DNA from: Atractiella rhizophila
Taxonomy: Eukaryota
DNA: 64,000 bases
NCBI GenBank assembly: GCA_021432655.1
Contig: MU271292.1
Coordinates: 1-64,000 of the forward strand
Direction: 5' to 3'
A program made the translations under genes and the position numbers. Below, in pieces: positions 49,638 to 62,843 of the stretch. Numbering within the stretch: position 1 is the stretch's first letter; the number at the start of each line of letters is the position of its first letter. The notes beneath the pieces were generated by a model. That model did no database searches. It was not told the origin of the DNA and saw only the letters and a program-made list of their open reading frames with translations.

Positions 49638-50601
49638 ATGCCTAAAGTTCCCTCAAATCCCAAGAAACGAACTTATTCCTCCCTCCATGCATCCAATCGA
49701 GCTGTTCCAGCGTCCAAAGGCCGTCCGATTGCAGTAAAATCAGTGAAGTTCGATGAGGAGGCCAGGCGGGAGTTTCTGACTGGATTCAGCAAGCGGAAGA
49801 AGGAGAGACAGGAGGAACGAAAGAAACGGCGAGAGGGGAAAGAAAAAGAGGAACGCGGAAAGTTGAGAGCTGAGGTCTGTTTCTTACATTTACACGAAGG
49901 GAACTAGATATTGGCCAATGTTGTCAGCTCTTTATTGTATCGGCACTTGCACATTGATTTCTCATGTCTATATCTTTACTGTCCTAGGCTTTCAGCCAAT
50001 TATAAGGAGCTGACGGTCATTCCTAATGGAAGTATTTGAAGGAGCCTTACTCCCTCAACATGAAGAGACATCATGAGTGCACATGAGAGCTGCGAGAGGT
50101 CCTAAAAAACACCGTTTCAGTCCATTTTGTCTGATTTGAAAGTTTCTGCATGTGCTCAGGTGCTGACCCTTTCGTAATGTTACAGCTACGAAAGCAGCGG
50201 AAGAAACAGCTCGCAGAGAGTATAGAACTAGCTGAGCGACTTTACGGGAACAACACCAAGGAGGATGATGACGATTTGGAGACTGAAGAGGGAGCAGAGG
50301 AGTCATCAGGTATGTCCCTAACCCCTTCACTCCAGCTTTGTACCATGTAGAACCTGAGACGTTAGAACCGCAAGAAGCTGTATTCGAGGACCATACTGGC
50401 GAGATCGAGACGCATGTGACAGTTGAAGAGTTTGATCCTGCTCAGGCTCAGTTAGAGGATGATGGAAGGGAGAAGAAGAGGCGTAAGCTGGAGAGGAGTC
50501 GGCAAGCGGAAGGAGAGAGGCGGTATGCTAGGAACAAAACTTCGAGCGCACACAGAGGGAAAAGTGGCAAAGGATTGGGGAGAGGAGGGAAGAAAAGATA
50601 A
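49638..50601 (+). CDS. RRP17: Nucleolar protein Rrp17/Nop25 family, 3 exons
   Basis: VKFDEEARREFLTGFSKRKKERQ signature; basic C-terminus; introns at ~49875-50185 and ~50310-50350. Confidence 0.85.
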
Positions 50602-50808
50602 GCCTTCTTGCATATACTGACCTTGTTGTGTACTGTGCTTCGTTTGTCATTCTACATTCTTCCTTTAGCACTTCCGTGCAAAGTCAGATATGTTTATTCG
50701 TTGGCAGAAAAGGAGGTAAGACGTTCATGGATGCAGGCAATGAGGGGGATAAACAAATGTTCTGATTTCCTGTGTTATTGCACCACACACGACATCCTGC
50801 AGTTCTAC

Positions 50809-53800
50809 CTATGATAGCCAGGGGTGTGCAAGTTTCATGGTAACTTTTCCCCTTTGCGTATTGCGATCCTAAAGCTGTACTTCAGCATTCCAGCACCTAT
50901 GATGAAATCAGAACTTGCCTTTTCTACTGAAATATCAACCTTGATTTTGTCAAATACACCAATAACGAGTGGTCCGTGTGGTGTGCTAATGGTTACTTCA
51001 AACTTCTCCTCGTCGTAGCTATTCTCGTGCTTGAACTTGATCAAGCCTTCTAACCCGAACCTATTCACCATATGATCAAACTCCTCCGTCATTGGTCAGT
51101 GAGAAGCAAACTTTGAAACGAAGACTGCAAGCCCATTCTTGAAAGTTCGTATAACGAAAGCCTCTTCATGTACGCTTTCGTTGCCCGATCTCTGCCGCAT
51201 TGACAATGCGACGTAGAACTCGACGCTAGCTCTTCCAGCCTGTTGCGCGGCGCGATGTCTCTTGTTTATCACCTCCATCACTCGTTCTACATGAGCCTTC
51301 GACAACAACGATGGATGTAGCGGGGTCTCTGAGATTGCGGCGAACAGCTGCCGATGTGCCATCACATCTGTTGCAGCAGCATCAATCTATGCTGACGTCT
51401 TGCATAGGTGGACTTACCAGCATATCGTCGAATGGGGGATGTGAAGTGAGTGTAAATGGGGGATGCAAGTCCATAATGTCGAAAGGCATCTTTACCGAAG
51501 CTTCCAGAACAGAAATATTCTGCGGAGAGCATACAACGGGTTGCCATGATTCTGACAAGGGTGTTGAATGCTGGTTCTTTCGGGTCCTTTTGGTCCAAGT
51601 TAAGTCATAAGCGCACGCCGCCACAAGAAGACTCACAACGCAAGCATCTAAAGAGTCTGCCAAGGCTTTCGAGCTAGAGACGTCGACGATCAGCCCTTTT
51701 CGCACTTTAAGGACATTAACGAGGGCATCAAAATTTGTCTTTGGCGGAGGGGCATGCCGCCTACATTCCTCATCCTTGTAAATAATTCCTCGATTATTAC
51801 AGAAACACCATACCGTAAGACAGCAGTGAGGGGAAACTGCTGATAAATCCTTTCCGCTACGCTTATGTTAGCGAGTAGCATGAACTCCTCGACCAGGCTG
51901 TTCGTTTGGAGCAACATTTTCTGTTCGACATCTATCGGTTCGGTACTCTCTGCACTTTCCATGTGAATCTTGACTTCGGGAGAGGCGAGATTGAGTGCGC
52001 CTGCGCGGATACGCTTCGCTTTTAACTTGATGGCAAGGGAGTTGAGGAGTCGGATGCTCTGTGTAATGTCGTCGTTTAAGGACCTACATTCTTGTCCAGT
52101 ATTCTGAAGGCAGAGAAATAAGAAACGCACGGATTATCCATGCGGACTTGCGCCTCCTCGTAGGTGAAGGCGGATTTTGAAGCGATGACTGACTTGGTGA
52201 ACCGCACGTTGACTATATCAGCCTCTTCATTTAACTCCTGTGTCCCGGTACATATCAGACAATGCCCTCATTTTCGAAGGAACACTAACCCAGATCACCG
52301 AGAACGCTAGCCTCTCAACGAAAGGTCGCAAAGAGCAAAGATTTGTCCCTAACAGACTGGGCAACATGTCAATGCGCTGATCTACCAAATACACAGTTGT
52401 GCCTCTTGAAGCAGCCTCCATGTCCATAGAATTGTTAGGTTGTACGAAGTGTGAAACGTCCGCAATGTCTAAATCCCCCTTTCAGCCAGAGCATGCAGTT
52501 TAAGAATACAACTTACGAACTCCAGCTTGGATGTTTCCGTTCGGCAGTCGAATTGCGTGCAAGGCGTCATCAATATCTTGACATCCTGTGTCTCCTGTGA
52601 GTATTACATTTGGGTCGGAGAGGCAGATACGAACGTGGCGGGTCGATAGAGCAGATATTCAGATGCCTCAGGTCCTCTCGGTTCTTCCAAACTCCGCCTT
52701 CCTCTTTGGGCGGCACTTTCCAGCTTTCCCCTTCCTTCGGAAGACATCCCAAAACAGCCTTTGAAAACGGTCTGTGGGGTACATCGTACTCCAACAGTAA
52801 AGATTCTCTTTCTCCTTCGACGCTCTCCACTTCCCCAAGCGCACGTACAAAATGCCCCTCTGGATATTTGCTGTTCACGTCCCATCGATCGATTGCGACC
52901 AAGATCTTCTGTCCCATAAGCGCTGCAGCTTGTCTCGTTCGAATGCGTATGCGAGGTATAAGACGGGAGACAGGGGTTGCGAATACAGTGACTGGTGTAA
53001 GTGTCGTGGTAGAAGTCGATTGAAGGGCCGACGGTGGAAGGGACGAGCGGTCTATGTGCGCCACATATCTGTTCCGCTCTTGAGCTTGCAGAGGAAGGAA
53101 GGAACCGAGAAAGAACAAACGGTCGCCATTGGCGTTTCAACACACCAACAACCACACCTGTCGGCTGAGCGTCTCCTCCCCCTTTCTTGGCCCCCTTTTT
53201 CTGCTTCTCTCCTTCTTCAATGTTCTGCTCCTCGACCTCTTCCTCCTCAGGATCGTCATTTTCTCCTCCTACCGACAACACGGTAATATGTCTTAGGCCG
53301 TGCGGCGATGAATTAGGAACCTACCTTCCCCGTCCACAATGTCACTACTTCCTTTCTCCCATTCGGCCTCTGGCAAAATCCTCACCACCACCACATCGCC
53401 GGCAGTGGCCCGGTTCATGTTCTTTCTCCCGCGAAGGAGCACGGGACGGGAGCTTGTGACCTTATCGCTGAGAAGATTGACCGATCCCTACACGTGAACT
53501 CATTGTTAGGTGTGCAAAGTCAGCGGAGGGAAGGGAAGGGACAAACTTCTAAAAAGTTATAAGGAGATGGCTGAAAGTGACCTTGGTACAACTGGCCCGA
53601 TTTGATGCCTGCTTGCAGAACGGATGGTGGGAGGTACTTTAATCAAACCGTCATCAGTCCACATTCCGTAAATCAAAGGGAAGGACGAACCTCAGCGTAC
53701 AGAACCTCCTTCTCCTTTCCTATTTTCCCTTCAGCTTCCTCCCCAGCCGCAGATGATGCATAAAGGTCCAACAATCCCGCTGCTCTCTCATCAGGCATCA

Positions 53801-54665
53801 GCGAAACGTATTCTCGCACTGTTCCACATCTCTTCTTAGTGGCTTGCTACAGTTACACACAGCCCACACGTACCCGAGTAGGCAAGTATCCCCTCTTCTT
53901 TCGCGAGACGCCGGTTCTCCTTGTCATCTGAGAGAAGCAGCACCTTCGGCATATCTGCTTCATTTCTTGTCGAATTGTTTAGCTTTCGCTTCTTCGTCAC
54001 CGGTTCCATGGCTGAAAGGTGGTTGCTATACCACTGAACTACAGCTCTAATTGCTGTTGCAGCATCCTGTTACGAAAGTCTTGAAATGACAAGAAAGGAA
54101 ACACAAACCTCGATCACTGCGGTCATTGGCACTCTCTTCCTTTTTCTGTTCTACCCACAGACCTTGATGGGCCTCATTCCACATTATCCATCCTCTCGTC
54201 TTGGCGGCACCCTGGTTGTCAACCTGCATCCCAGTCTCGGAAGTTGCTTCTTCCTCGACTAGGGAAAGGAGACGATAATACAAAGGTAACGAGCGATGCC
54301 TGACTTCTGAGAGAACGGTTTGAGGGATGATAATATCAGCTCCGAAGCGCGAGTCTTCAACAAGATCAAACTACCTCCGGCTTACTACCTTGTCCAACTC
54401 AAAGCCCAAGAACACATCGTACCTGATGTAAAATCACATTGGTATCCAGCACCACCCAATGTCTTCCGATAACACACCCCTCCCAATTCCTAGCTTCTTC
54501 AGTGAGTGGGCCGTCTGCATCCTTGCATTGCGTGCACCCCCGAAATCCACACGAAATGTCGTTTCGCAGATAATGCTCGCGGTAGACGCTGTGGAGCTTG
54601 GACTTTGCTGTTTTTCGCAGGAACGAGGTGTTGGTCGTGGATGGCGGGAGGATGGTGATTTGCAT
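50809..54665 (-). CDS. DIS3: Exosome catalytic subunit (PIN + CSD + RNB + S1), multi-exon
   Basis: [20 protein letters not shown] (PIN), [38 protein letters not shown] and [19 protein letters not shown]. Confidence 0.96.
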
Positions 54666-54815
54666 ATTGCTTTATTAACTTGGTGTTATTCGCTGACGCT
54701 CTGAAGCCCCAACTTCAGATTTCGATGTTCGGTCGAAGTCGAAGTCGAAAATTGGCTCAGTTGAGAAATGCGGATGCCAAGGCCTTGCCAAAGCAGACAA
54801 CAACCACAACCACAG

Positions 54816-55342
54816 ATGGCGAGCACTTCGAAGGATCCTAAGAACGGAGCAGCAGTAGCCGAGAAAAAGGAGGATACCAATGTTTTAGGTCCACTAGAGT
54901 GCGTATTCCCTGTCTCTACGGCCGTCAGCGTCGGGGAAATGGGGAAATGGAGACTGACGCGTCTTCCTTCCATGACAGGGAAGATGATGAGTTCGAGGAA
55001 TTCGACGTTGAAGGTTGATACTGATCATTTAATTCGCTTTAGCATAGGCTAATAGGTCCTTGCATTAGATTGGGAGGATAAAGAGTCCGACTTGACAAAC
55101 ATCGCACGAGGAAAGGCGTCGTCCGCTCCAGTTCAAGCCGGGAAAGCGGGCACAGATGGGAAGGGGAACACGCTGGACGCATTATGGGAGGATAATTGGG
55201 ATGATGACGATGTTGACGATGACTTTTCCAAGAAGTTGAGGTGCGTCCCTCATTTTTGTTGAGGTTGTGAAGTGTTCATGGTGGTGAAAGGGCGATCATC
55301 GAGAAGACGTCTGGGGGTGATGTGAAGATGAAGGACAAATGA
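54816..55342 (+). CDS. SEM1: 26S proteasome / TREX-2 subunit Sem1 (DSS1), multi-exon
   Basis: LE-EDDEFEEF..DW and LWEDNWDDDDVDDDFSKKLR motifs across short introns. Confidence 0.92.
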
Positions 55343-56664
55343 TCACTCCACAATGCAATTACGCCCACATCTCGTTAGTAGGAGCACCTTGTACCTGTTA
55401 GCGCTTTCATTCCTTTATAGCTTCACGAAGAAACCCGTCGAAGCTTGCAGCTCGACCGTAAGGCGGGAGGTCCAGCTTCATATCCATGCGCTATAATCGC
55501 GTTCAATGAAACATAATCCCAGCACTTCCGTTCGCAGACATTCCTCCCTCATTCATTTGGTTCCGTTTGTGCGATCATGCTCTTTGTTGTGACAACTTGC
55601 ATAAACCGAAGGATACAAGTAAGCTAATCCCAGCAACAACTTCCCAAGCTCAGCGACGACAGTAGGAGGCGTCAGGTAGTAATGGTAACATGGTTATAAC
55701 AAACACAAATTGTTCACATCCTCACCAAGACACAAAGTGCCAAACAAACATGCCGAGAAACGCCGACAAACCTGTGCCGCAGAACCCAAGCCTTGATCAG
55801 AGGACGACGACCACCCCTGGCGTCTCTTTCCTCTTTCCTTCCATATTCCTCAGTAAACCTCTTTAGAGCTATACGATCAGCACATAGGTAAGCGATCTAC
55901 CTCAATTCGTTCAAAAAGAGCCCCTTTTTTGTTCTTTGGGGAGAACCATCAGCCCAGGAGGCGATCAGAGCAGGGGTCACTCATCACTCCGCTCTCAGCC
56001 CCTTTTGTGATGAAGTTGATACCGATCTGCGCTCTCTGTGTCTAAATCCTTATCAGCTATGTTGGGATAGCCATCAAGGCTGTCTTGGCAAACAGTGTGG
56101 GAAAGCATTATATAACCTCAATTCACCTGCCTCCTTGGTGTAGCTCCTGCCGATAAGGGTATACCTACGTTTGATATTATGATTTCCATCTTCTGCCTCA
56201 ATCGTTGAGGTTGAAAGTGCGCGCTCTGATAGATTTAGGCCACCATCAACCCGAACCGAGCAGTTCACGCCTTCGAGTTTGTATTGTTTGTTTCAACGAT
56301 GATTCGGATTGCTGCATCGCTGGCTTCTGATAACTCAAATAATCAAGCAGAGAGTAATCCTGCATGCTGCAGCCTGAAGGGGCTGCGGGCTAGCTGCGAG
56401 CAATCCCCTCTTGTTCCCGCACGCTGACTGGTGGCGTCGGCCTTTTGCATATGGGTCTGTGTTATTTTTTCTTATCGTAAATGTAAGGCTGTAAAGCATT
56501 GACGGACACACGTCGTCCATTACTTGCTTAGGCTTCGATAGAAGAGCCAAAGTCGCTGACTCAGTTCCCACTGAGTCTTCCCCACTTTCCACGTCTACAC
56601 TTCTCATTCCTTAAATCAAGCACTGATACTCCTTTTTCCAGTCGTCCTTCGGTTGAGAAGAACA

Positions 56665-58785
56665 ATGTCTTCGTCTCCTCCCTCGCCAACGCTTTCCAGC
56701 AGTTCCACTGTGTCTGGCAACCTTTCCGATCTCGAACTATCGTCACTCTCCGATGGCGAGATCGAGGATTTTGAAATCATCAGCAACGACGGATCTGCGA
56801 GCGTCGCGAGCGTTGAAGACGGAGCAAGTTCCAGCAGCGACCATGAGGCTGAGGCGAACGAGACGGCCTCTCGCAGTTGGGCGACGCTCAACCTCCTCTC
56901 CAATGAAGACCGCACTCCCGCCGCCACCACGCCACAGGGGTCTGTACTTCGCGAGAGCCCGTCTATGTCCCTCCGCTTCCCCGACCCGATGAAGGACTCT
57001 GATTTTCTCATCAAGAAACCGAAAGTGGATGAGGAGGGACAGAAGACACCGGAAAGCCTTAGTTTGGAGAATTCAGTGATGCTCGATGAGGACAATGAGG
57101 TTTTCGGCAGCACGATTGCGCATTTTAGGGAAAGGACGGAATTGGATAAACAGAAAGTAGTGGAACGAAATGAAGGGATTGAGGTCGCAAGGTGCTTGCA
57201 CCAAGAAGGGGAGACGAAGCCTACGCTCGGCAGTCAAATGGAAGTGGAGGAAACTCCGACTGTGGAGACATCGGGCGGTGTGCAGGTCAAAGAAGAGGGA
57301 AATAACTCGCCATTTGACGATCCTGCTGAAGCCGAAGTCAAGTCGGAAGATGCGTATCACACTGAAGTCGAGTTTGCGGATACGAAGGAAGAACCGGTTG
57401 AGGAACTTCCACCCATGAAGGATGAAGAGGAACTCAGTGATGCCGAAACCGAGCCGCTTATCACGAAGCCTTCACCTGCTATCTTCAGGCCACTTCCTCC
57501 CTCCACTCAATCTCCCCTCGCTTTCTTCAAGGGTTTCGCAGACAAGTATTTGCACATCACCCTCGGTGGTCCTACTCTCGTGATCATCATCGCTATCCTC
57601 GCTGCTACTACCGCTACCTGGTCCATGCTTCCCGGTGCTACACCTACAGCCAACGTGAAGACTCACAAGCTGGAGAAATACGCTGTGAAGGGTAAGGAAT
57701 CTGCAGTTGGTGGGTTCCTCCTTCCGAAGGAACAAAAAGTACTGCTGATGCATAATGTCGAATCAGGTTCGATCTCGACTATTACAGCCGTACCGTCTGT
57801 TTCAAGCCTCCTCTCTCTCCCCACTGCTGTTCATGTACCCCGCTTGGACTCGACCCTCCGACATGCGTCTGCGGTATCAAGCTCTGCTGTGCCTGTTGCC
57901 TCCTCCAGTCCTCGTATCGATCCTTCCCCTGCTTACTACACCATCGGATGTGGGACTAAGTGTCATCCTCCTCTGATCAAAGCGGACAAGAAGCACAGAA
58001 GGTCGAGCGGCGAGGGGAAGGGGAAAGAACGCGCCGTACTTGATCAGGTCGAACGATTTGACATTCCTGCTCAAGTCTCGAAGCTTCTGCACTCCCATCC
58101 TCTCATTAAAGCGGACAAGGAGCGCAGATCCGCCAAATCAAACGGGAAAGGCAAAGAACGCGCCGTCCAGGATGAGGTTGAAGGGTTCGACGTGTCCGCT
58201 CAGGTCTCAAAGCTTCTGCACTCCCCTGTTCTCTCCGGTTCCGAATTGGTGGATATCATCAAGACTTTTTTTATGCAAGCTTGGGACGAATTGATGAAGG
58301 ATGAGAGGACTGCGAACATCTTTGATCCCACGGAGTTGAAGAAGAGAAGGACGGAGCTTGAAGCGTTTTTGAAGACCGCGGCCAAATATTTGAGAGCGAT
58401 GGAGAAGAAGGGTGGGAGGGGAGCGAAACGCTTGCTTGCTTCCCTAAAGGAGAAAAGGGATGCATACATCAACGGGGACGGGGACAGGTTCGGAGGCATG
58501 AAATGGCGTCATGAGATGAGGAAGGACATGGAAACCTTCAGCAGCGATATGCTGAAACGGGCGAAGAGAGGAGCTGGTAAACTAGCAGCAATGCGTACGT
58601 CCCCTCTTCCCTCTGATGCATTGGCCACTGGCTGATGGAAAGCAGATCAACATCACCTCCGATCGAGCCAAGTCGGAAGAAAGACGTGTATGTCCAAATC
58701 AAAGAGAGCAAAGTCCAAGAAAGCGGAAGGGATGGAAGAAGATCCAGTCATGAACGTCTGGCAGGATTTTGGTATCTTTGTTTGA
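56665..58785 (+). CDS. Hypothetical protein with one predicted TM segment
   Basis: Long ORF with acidic N-terminus and hydrophobic TLVIIIAILAATTATW; probable intron at 58595-58645 extends the frame to 58785. Confidence 0.65.
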
Positions 58786-60344
58786 ATGTGTCAACGAAAT
58801 ATGTTGTTCAATAACGCCTGAAGTCTCTTTTTTCTGTTTCCCCTACCCATTGTACTATCAACGACCTCAACGGTCCCAACCCTCTCCATCCAGTTTCTTT
58901 CATTAACTTCATTGCTTTTTCTGACTGTGTCTTAAAACTTCTCGACAAATCGCCACAATGAATTCAAATTTTGCTCCTACACTTCAACTCCACCCAGAAG
59001 GGCTGCCAACAACTGCTGTTGATCGGCTGGAACCTCGACCTGTCATGCATGTCATGGGAGGAGTTACAAATTACGTTCAGGGAAGTTGCTCGTCCCTCAT
59101 CATGCCTCTGCCCGGCCTGCGAAGACAGTGATGTGTATTCTTGAGTAAGCGTGAGTAACCAAGCACGCTGCTGCTAGACATCTAGACCTTCAGTCTGTCT
59201 AACCCTTTTGATGCCGGGTAGATGTCTCCCACATTGCACAGGAGAGATTCACAACTTGTAATTCATTAGGTCAACGATGGGCAGGCCAAATTGCTGATCC
59301 CTTTCAACGCTTTCAACTGCACCTCCTTCTGGATTGATCGTCTTTCAAAGCTTCTGACAGCTTCTGATCACTTCCAGCCTCCCTTCGTTACCCGCCCGTT
59401 GGGCTACGTTGCCTGTCCAAGCAACCAATCCTCTAAAATAGACGACTAAGAATGAGATCATGGCAGCGAAAGCTTCCAAGAGAGTAGAATTAGACCTTCT
59501 CCACAGTCCAAGCACTCCCATGTCATTTTTGCCAACCATTAATATAAATATAATATGAGCCGACTTGACCCCAGCAAAAGAAAAGTCTGCATCGCGACGT
59601 GAGAAAATCACGACAGTCGGTCGTTGCGATCACGTCAAAGTTTGCCATTCGAGCCTTCTCTCCCGCGGCACTCGCATTGAGAACAACGAGCTCTTCTTCG
59701 CTGTCTTCTCTTTTCTGCGCTCCTGGAGCTTCAGGTTGGAGGTGTTGGTGTTTAGGCGCAGCGGAGTGGCAGAAGCAGTTGAGCATCCAATTGCTGCTTC
59801 CATTTCGATTGGCTGGCTCGGTGAGTTGCTGCTTCATTGATCGTCGTCAGATAGGGAATGTTTTTGCGAAAAGTGTGATATCGTATGTGGCACATAACGA
59901 GTGGTCAAAGGACTGGGCTCCATCTCAATAGTACCCAGTGTACAGCTGGCCACGACGAGTTGCAAGTTGCATCAGACGAGATATCTGCGTTATGTCTGGC
60001 AATCAGCATTTGAATTGCCGCTCCTGATACCGCTGCCAAAGTTATTGTGCCCTTCCTAACGATGGCTGTGACATTTGGGCTATGAATCTATGCTCATCTC
60101 TCACTCCGGTTCTGAATCTTTGTTGAATACCTCCACTTCGACCAACAGGCGGTACAAGAGCAACGCTATGGACTTGTCTCCTATCAGCACTTCTAGACAT
60201 GAGCGCTAACTGAAGCGCTGTAGGAGCCATGTCTAACTGCTAACCTATTTCTCCTGACTGATAAAAGCCAACAATATCTTCCCGTCCAAATTTGGTGTTG
60301 ACCGAGTCTGCTCTATTTGTCCAGTCTGAGTATCTACTGACTAC

Positions 60345-62843
60345 TTGTTTCAGCATTGTTCACAAGCGCAGCGCGCAAGCCTCTGGTTGGGCTTTATTTA
60401 CAGCTTCCCAGAACTTCATTCCTTTCACATCAACAAAGGGGCTTTGGTCCCCGCTCCCGGTCTAACTTTCGACTTTCTAACTTCGAATTTCTTGAATGGC
60501 GACTGCTTCTCCTCCCTCTCGTTTCTCCTCCGATCTCTCGATGCCGAACGGCTCTGCAAACGATTATTTCTTCGACGAGTACAAGCCTACCTTGCAGTGG
60601 AGGAGGATTGTTCTCCAAGTTCCGAGAAAGGAGACCTCGATGGAGGGTTTGGGAATGGTGTGGAGGACGAGAAGAAAGCTGAGTGGTGGAAGATCGGCGC
60701 TGGTTCGATCACGCGAATGAACAAGGCGGATCCTCTCAACGTCTCCCTCTTACCCGCCGATCGGTTTCGCTTGCTCCTCCTCCTCAACGCGCTCATCTTT
60801 CTCTTTTCTCTCGCCGCTTTCGGCTCTCTTCTTCCCATCCCGAACTCGCAGGACCAAGCCTGTCGCTTCCTCGTCGCCTTCGCCGTCCTTACGTTCCAGC
60901 TAATCCATCCCATCACTTGCCTAAAACTCTTCCTCTCCCTCTCCACCTTGTCTACCAAATTTTACCTCCGTCTCCTAGAGTCACCATCTACTATCACCAA
61001 ACCCTTCCCCCGCGTGGGCCTGTACGAACAAGTAGCCGTCTACATCGTACTGCTTATTCGCATCGGAGCTGCCATCGCAACCTCAGCATTAGACGGTGGC
61101 ATTCTACGCAGAGAGGTCTGCAGCATCGATATCAGTACCGAGCCAGGAGCTGTAGTCCTCTCCATCGATTTCGCGATGATCGCTTACCTCTGCATTCGCT
61201 ATGTCTGGATCCTGAGGGTAGCAAAGAGCCAAGGCTTGAGGAGGATGGGAGACAATGGAGGCGACGTCATCTTTGATGAGAGCTACAAACAAACTTGCTT
61301 TGGACGCTGGCTGGTCGGACAGGTTATCGGGAGGTTCACAGCACGAGTGGCTGCTTTACTGGTCGTCGTCCTCTCTGGTGCAAGCCAATGGGTCAGCCTG
61401 TCGAGCGTGGAGGCATTGTAATGATATTTCTCTTGCTCTTCTAACTTCCGCTGATTGATTTTGATCAGTTGGATCCCTCAAGCTCTTGCCCTCCTCCTTT
61501 TTCTCCAAGCGCTCAACGTTCCTCTTCTCCGTGCTCCCTCCTTAGTTGCTCTTCCAGCAGTGCCAGCAATTAGTCGGACGGCGACTGCAGACAAGCGGAA
61601 GACGGGACTCACCAACTTCCTCCCTGGTTACCAACGTCGCCCCTCGCGTGGAGCTGCCAACGTCCTGAACTCTGTATCAAAGGACAGTACCGATGGCGGG
61701 ATTGGTGCTGTGCCCGTTATTCACAGGCGCAGTCAATCCGCACTATCCAACTCTCTTCCTCCCAAACCTATTCCGCAAGCTGCGCTTCCAGCACTCCCGC
61801 AGCCCGCTTTTCCCGCCTCACGACAAGAGTCTCCATTCATGGCCGCCATGGAATCACCTCTCACTCGACCGGGAAGTGTGAGGAGTGGAGGAAGCGGAAG
61901 CGGGAGACACCAACCCGGCGATTCTGTGAGTTCCATAAACTCTCGTATGGTGCCGGTGGAGAGCAGGCCTTTGCCTCCAACGGCCGCTGGGGAGAAGAAA
62001 GGGTTCGGCCTGGGTAGAATGGGCTTACCCGGGAGTGTAAAGATAAAAGGTGGGCTCGGAGTCGGTGGGATTCTGCCTCTCTATCGGGGACGGGATGGAG
62101 AAGTGGACGGAGAAGCTGGTGAACCGCGCGAGAGAAAGAGCATGAAGATGGCCGTTGATCGAGTGCGACAACTCGGACGTTCAGTCAGCGCATTCAAGAG
62201 GAACGATCAGAGAAATGATCAGACTTCCCAAGAACCGGCTCCGTTCAGTCAATTAGAGGCTCGGAAACCAATCTCGAGCAGGGATCTTCCCCCTACAGTG
62301 GTCAAGATCGGGAATGGACTTGGAAACATCCCCAAGAAACCGAGCAGAGAGAACATCCGACCGCTTCCCTCTGAGCCAAGACCGCAACTTTCTCTTCCCT
62401 CAAATCCCTCAAACCCTCCTCCTCCTCCGCAGCCCGTAGCACAGACATCCCTTCCTTCAGACCTTCCGTACGCTTCTACTTCCTCTACACAAATCAAGAC
62501 TGCCGCTCCTCGGCCTCCACAACAACAAATGAGCATCCCCTTCCTCCTCCCCTCCACGTCTCCTCTTGGCTTGGGTTTCTCCTCCAATTCTCCCGTAGTT
62601 GACGCTCGAGCTTCAGTCTCTGAATCACTCGGTGGCGTGACGCCTTTGTTGACCGCCAGAGGCTTGCCTAGCATGCCTTACACCCCGAGAGATAGCACCA
62701 GTATAGAAGGAAGGCGAAGCGCGAGCATAGCGAGAGAGAAGAGGCTCACTGTCGAAACGGGTTTACGGATGCCCAGTGACGATAAGAAGGAAAAGGTGCA
62801 GGCGGTGAATGGAGCGATTGACGGAAGAGGGGATATACTTTAG
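60345..62843 (+). CDS. Hypothetical multi-pass membrane protein with long disordered C-terminal tail
   Basis: Several hydrophobic segments in 60715-61510, an intron near 61392-61468, then a Pro/Ser-rich ORF; start uncertain. Confidence 0.55.
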
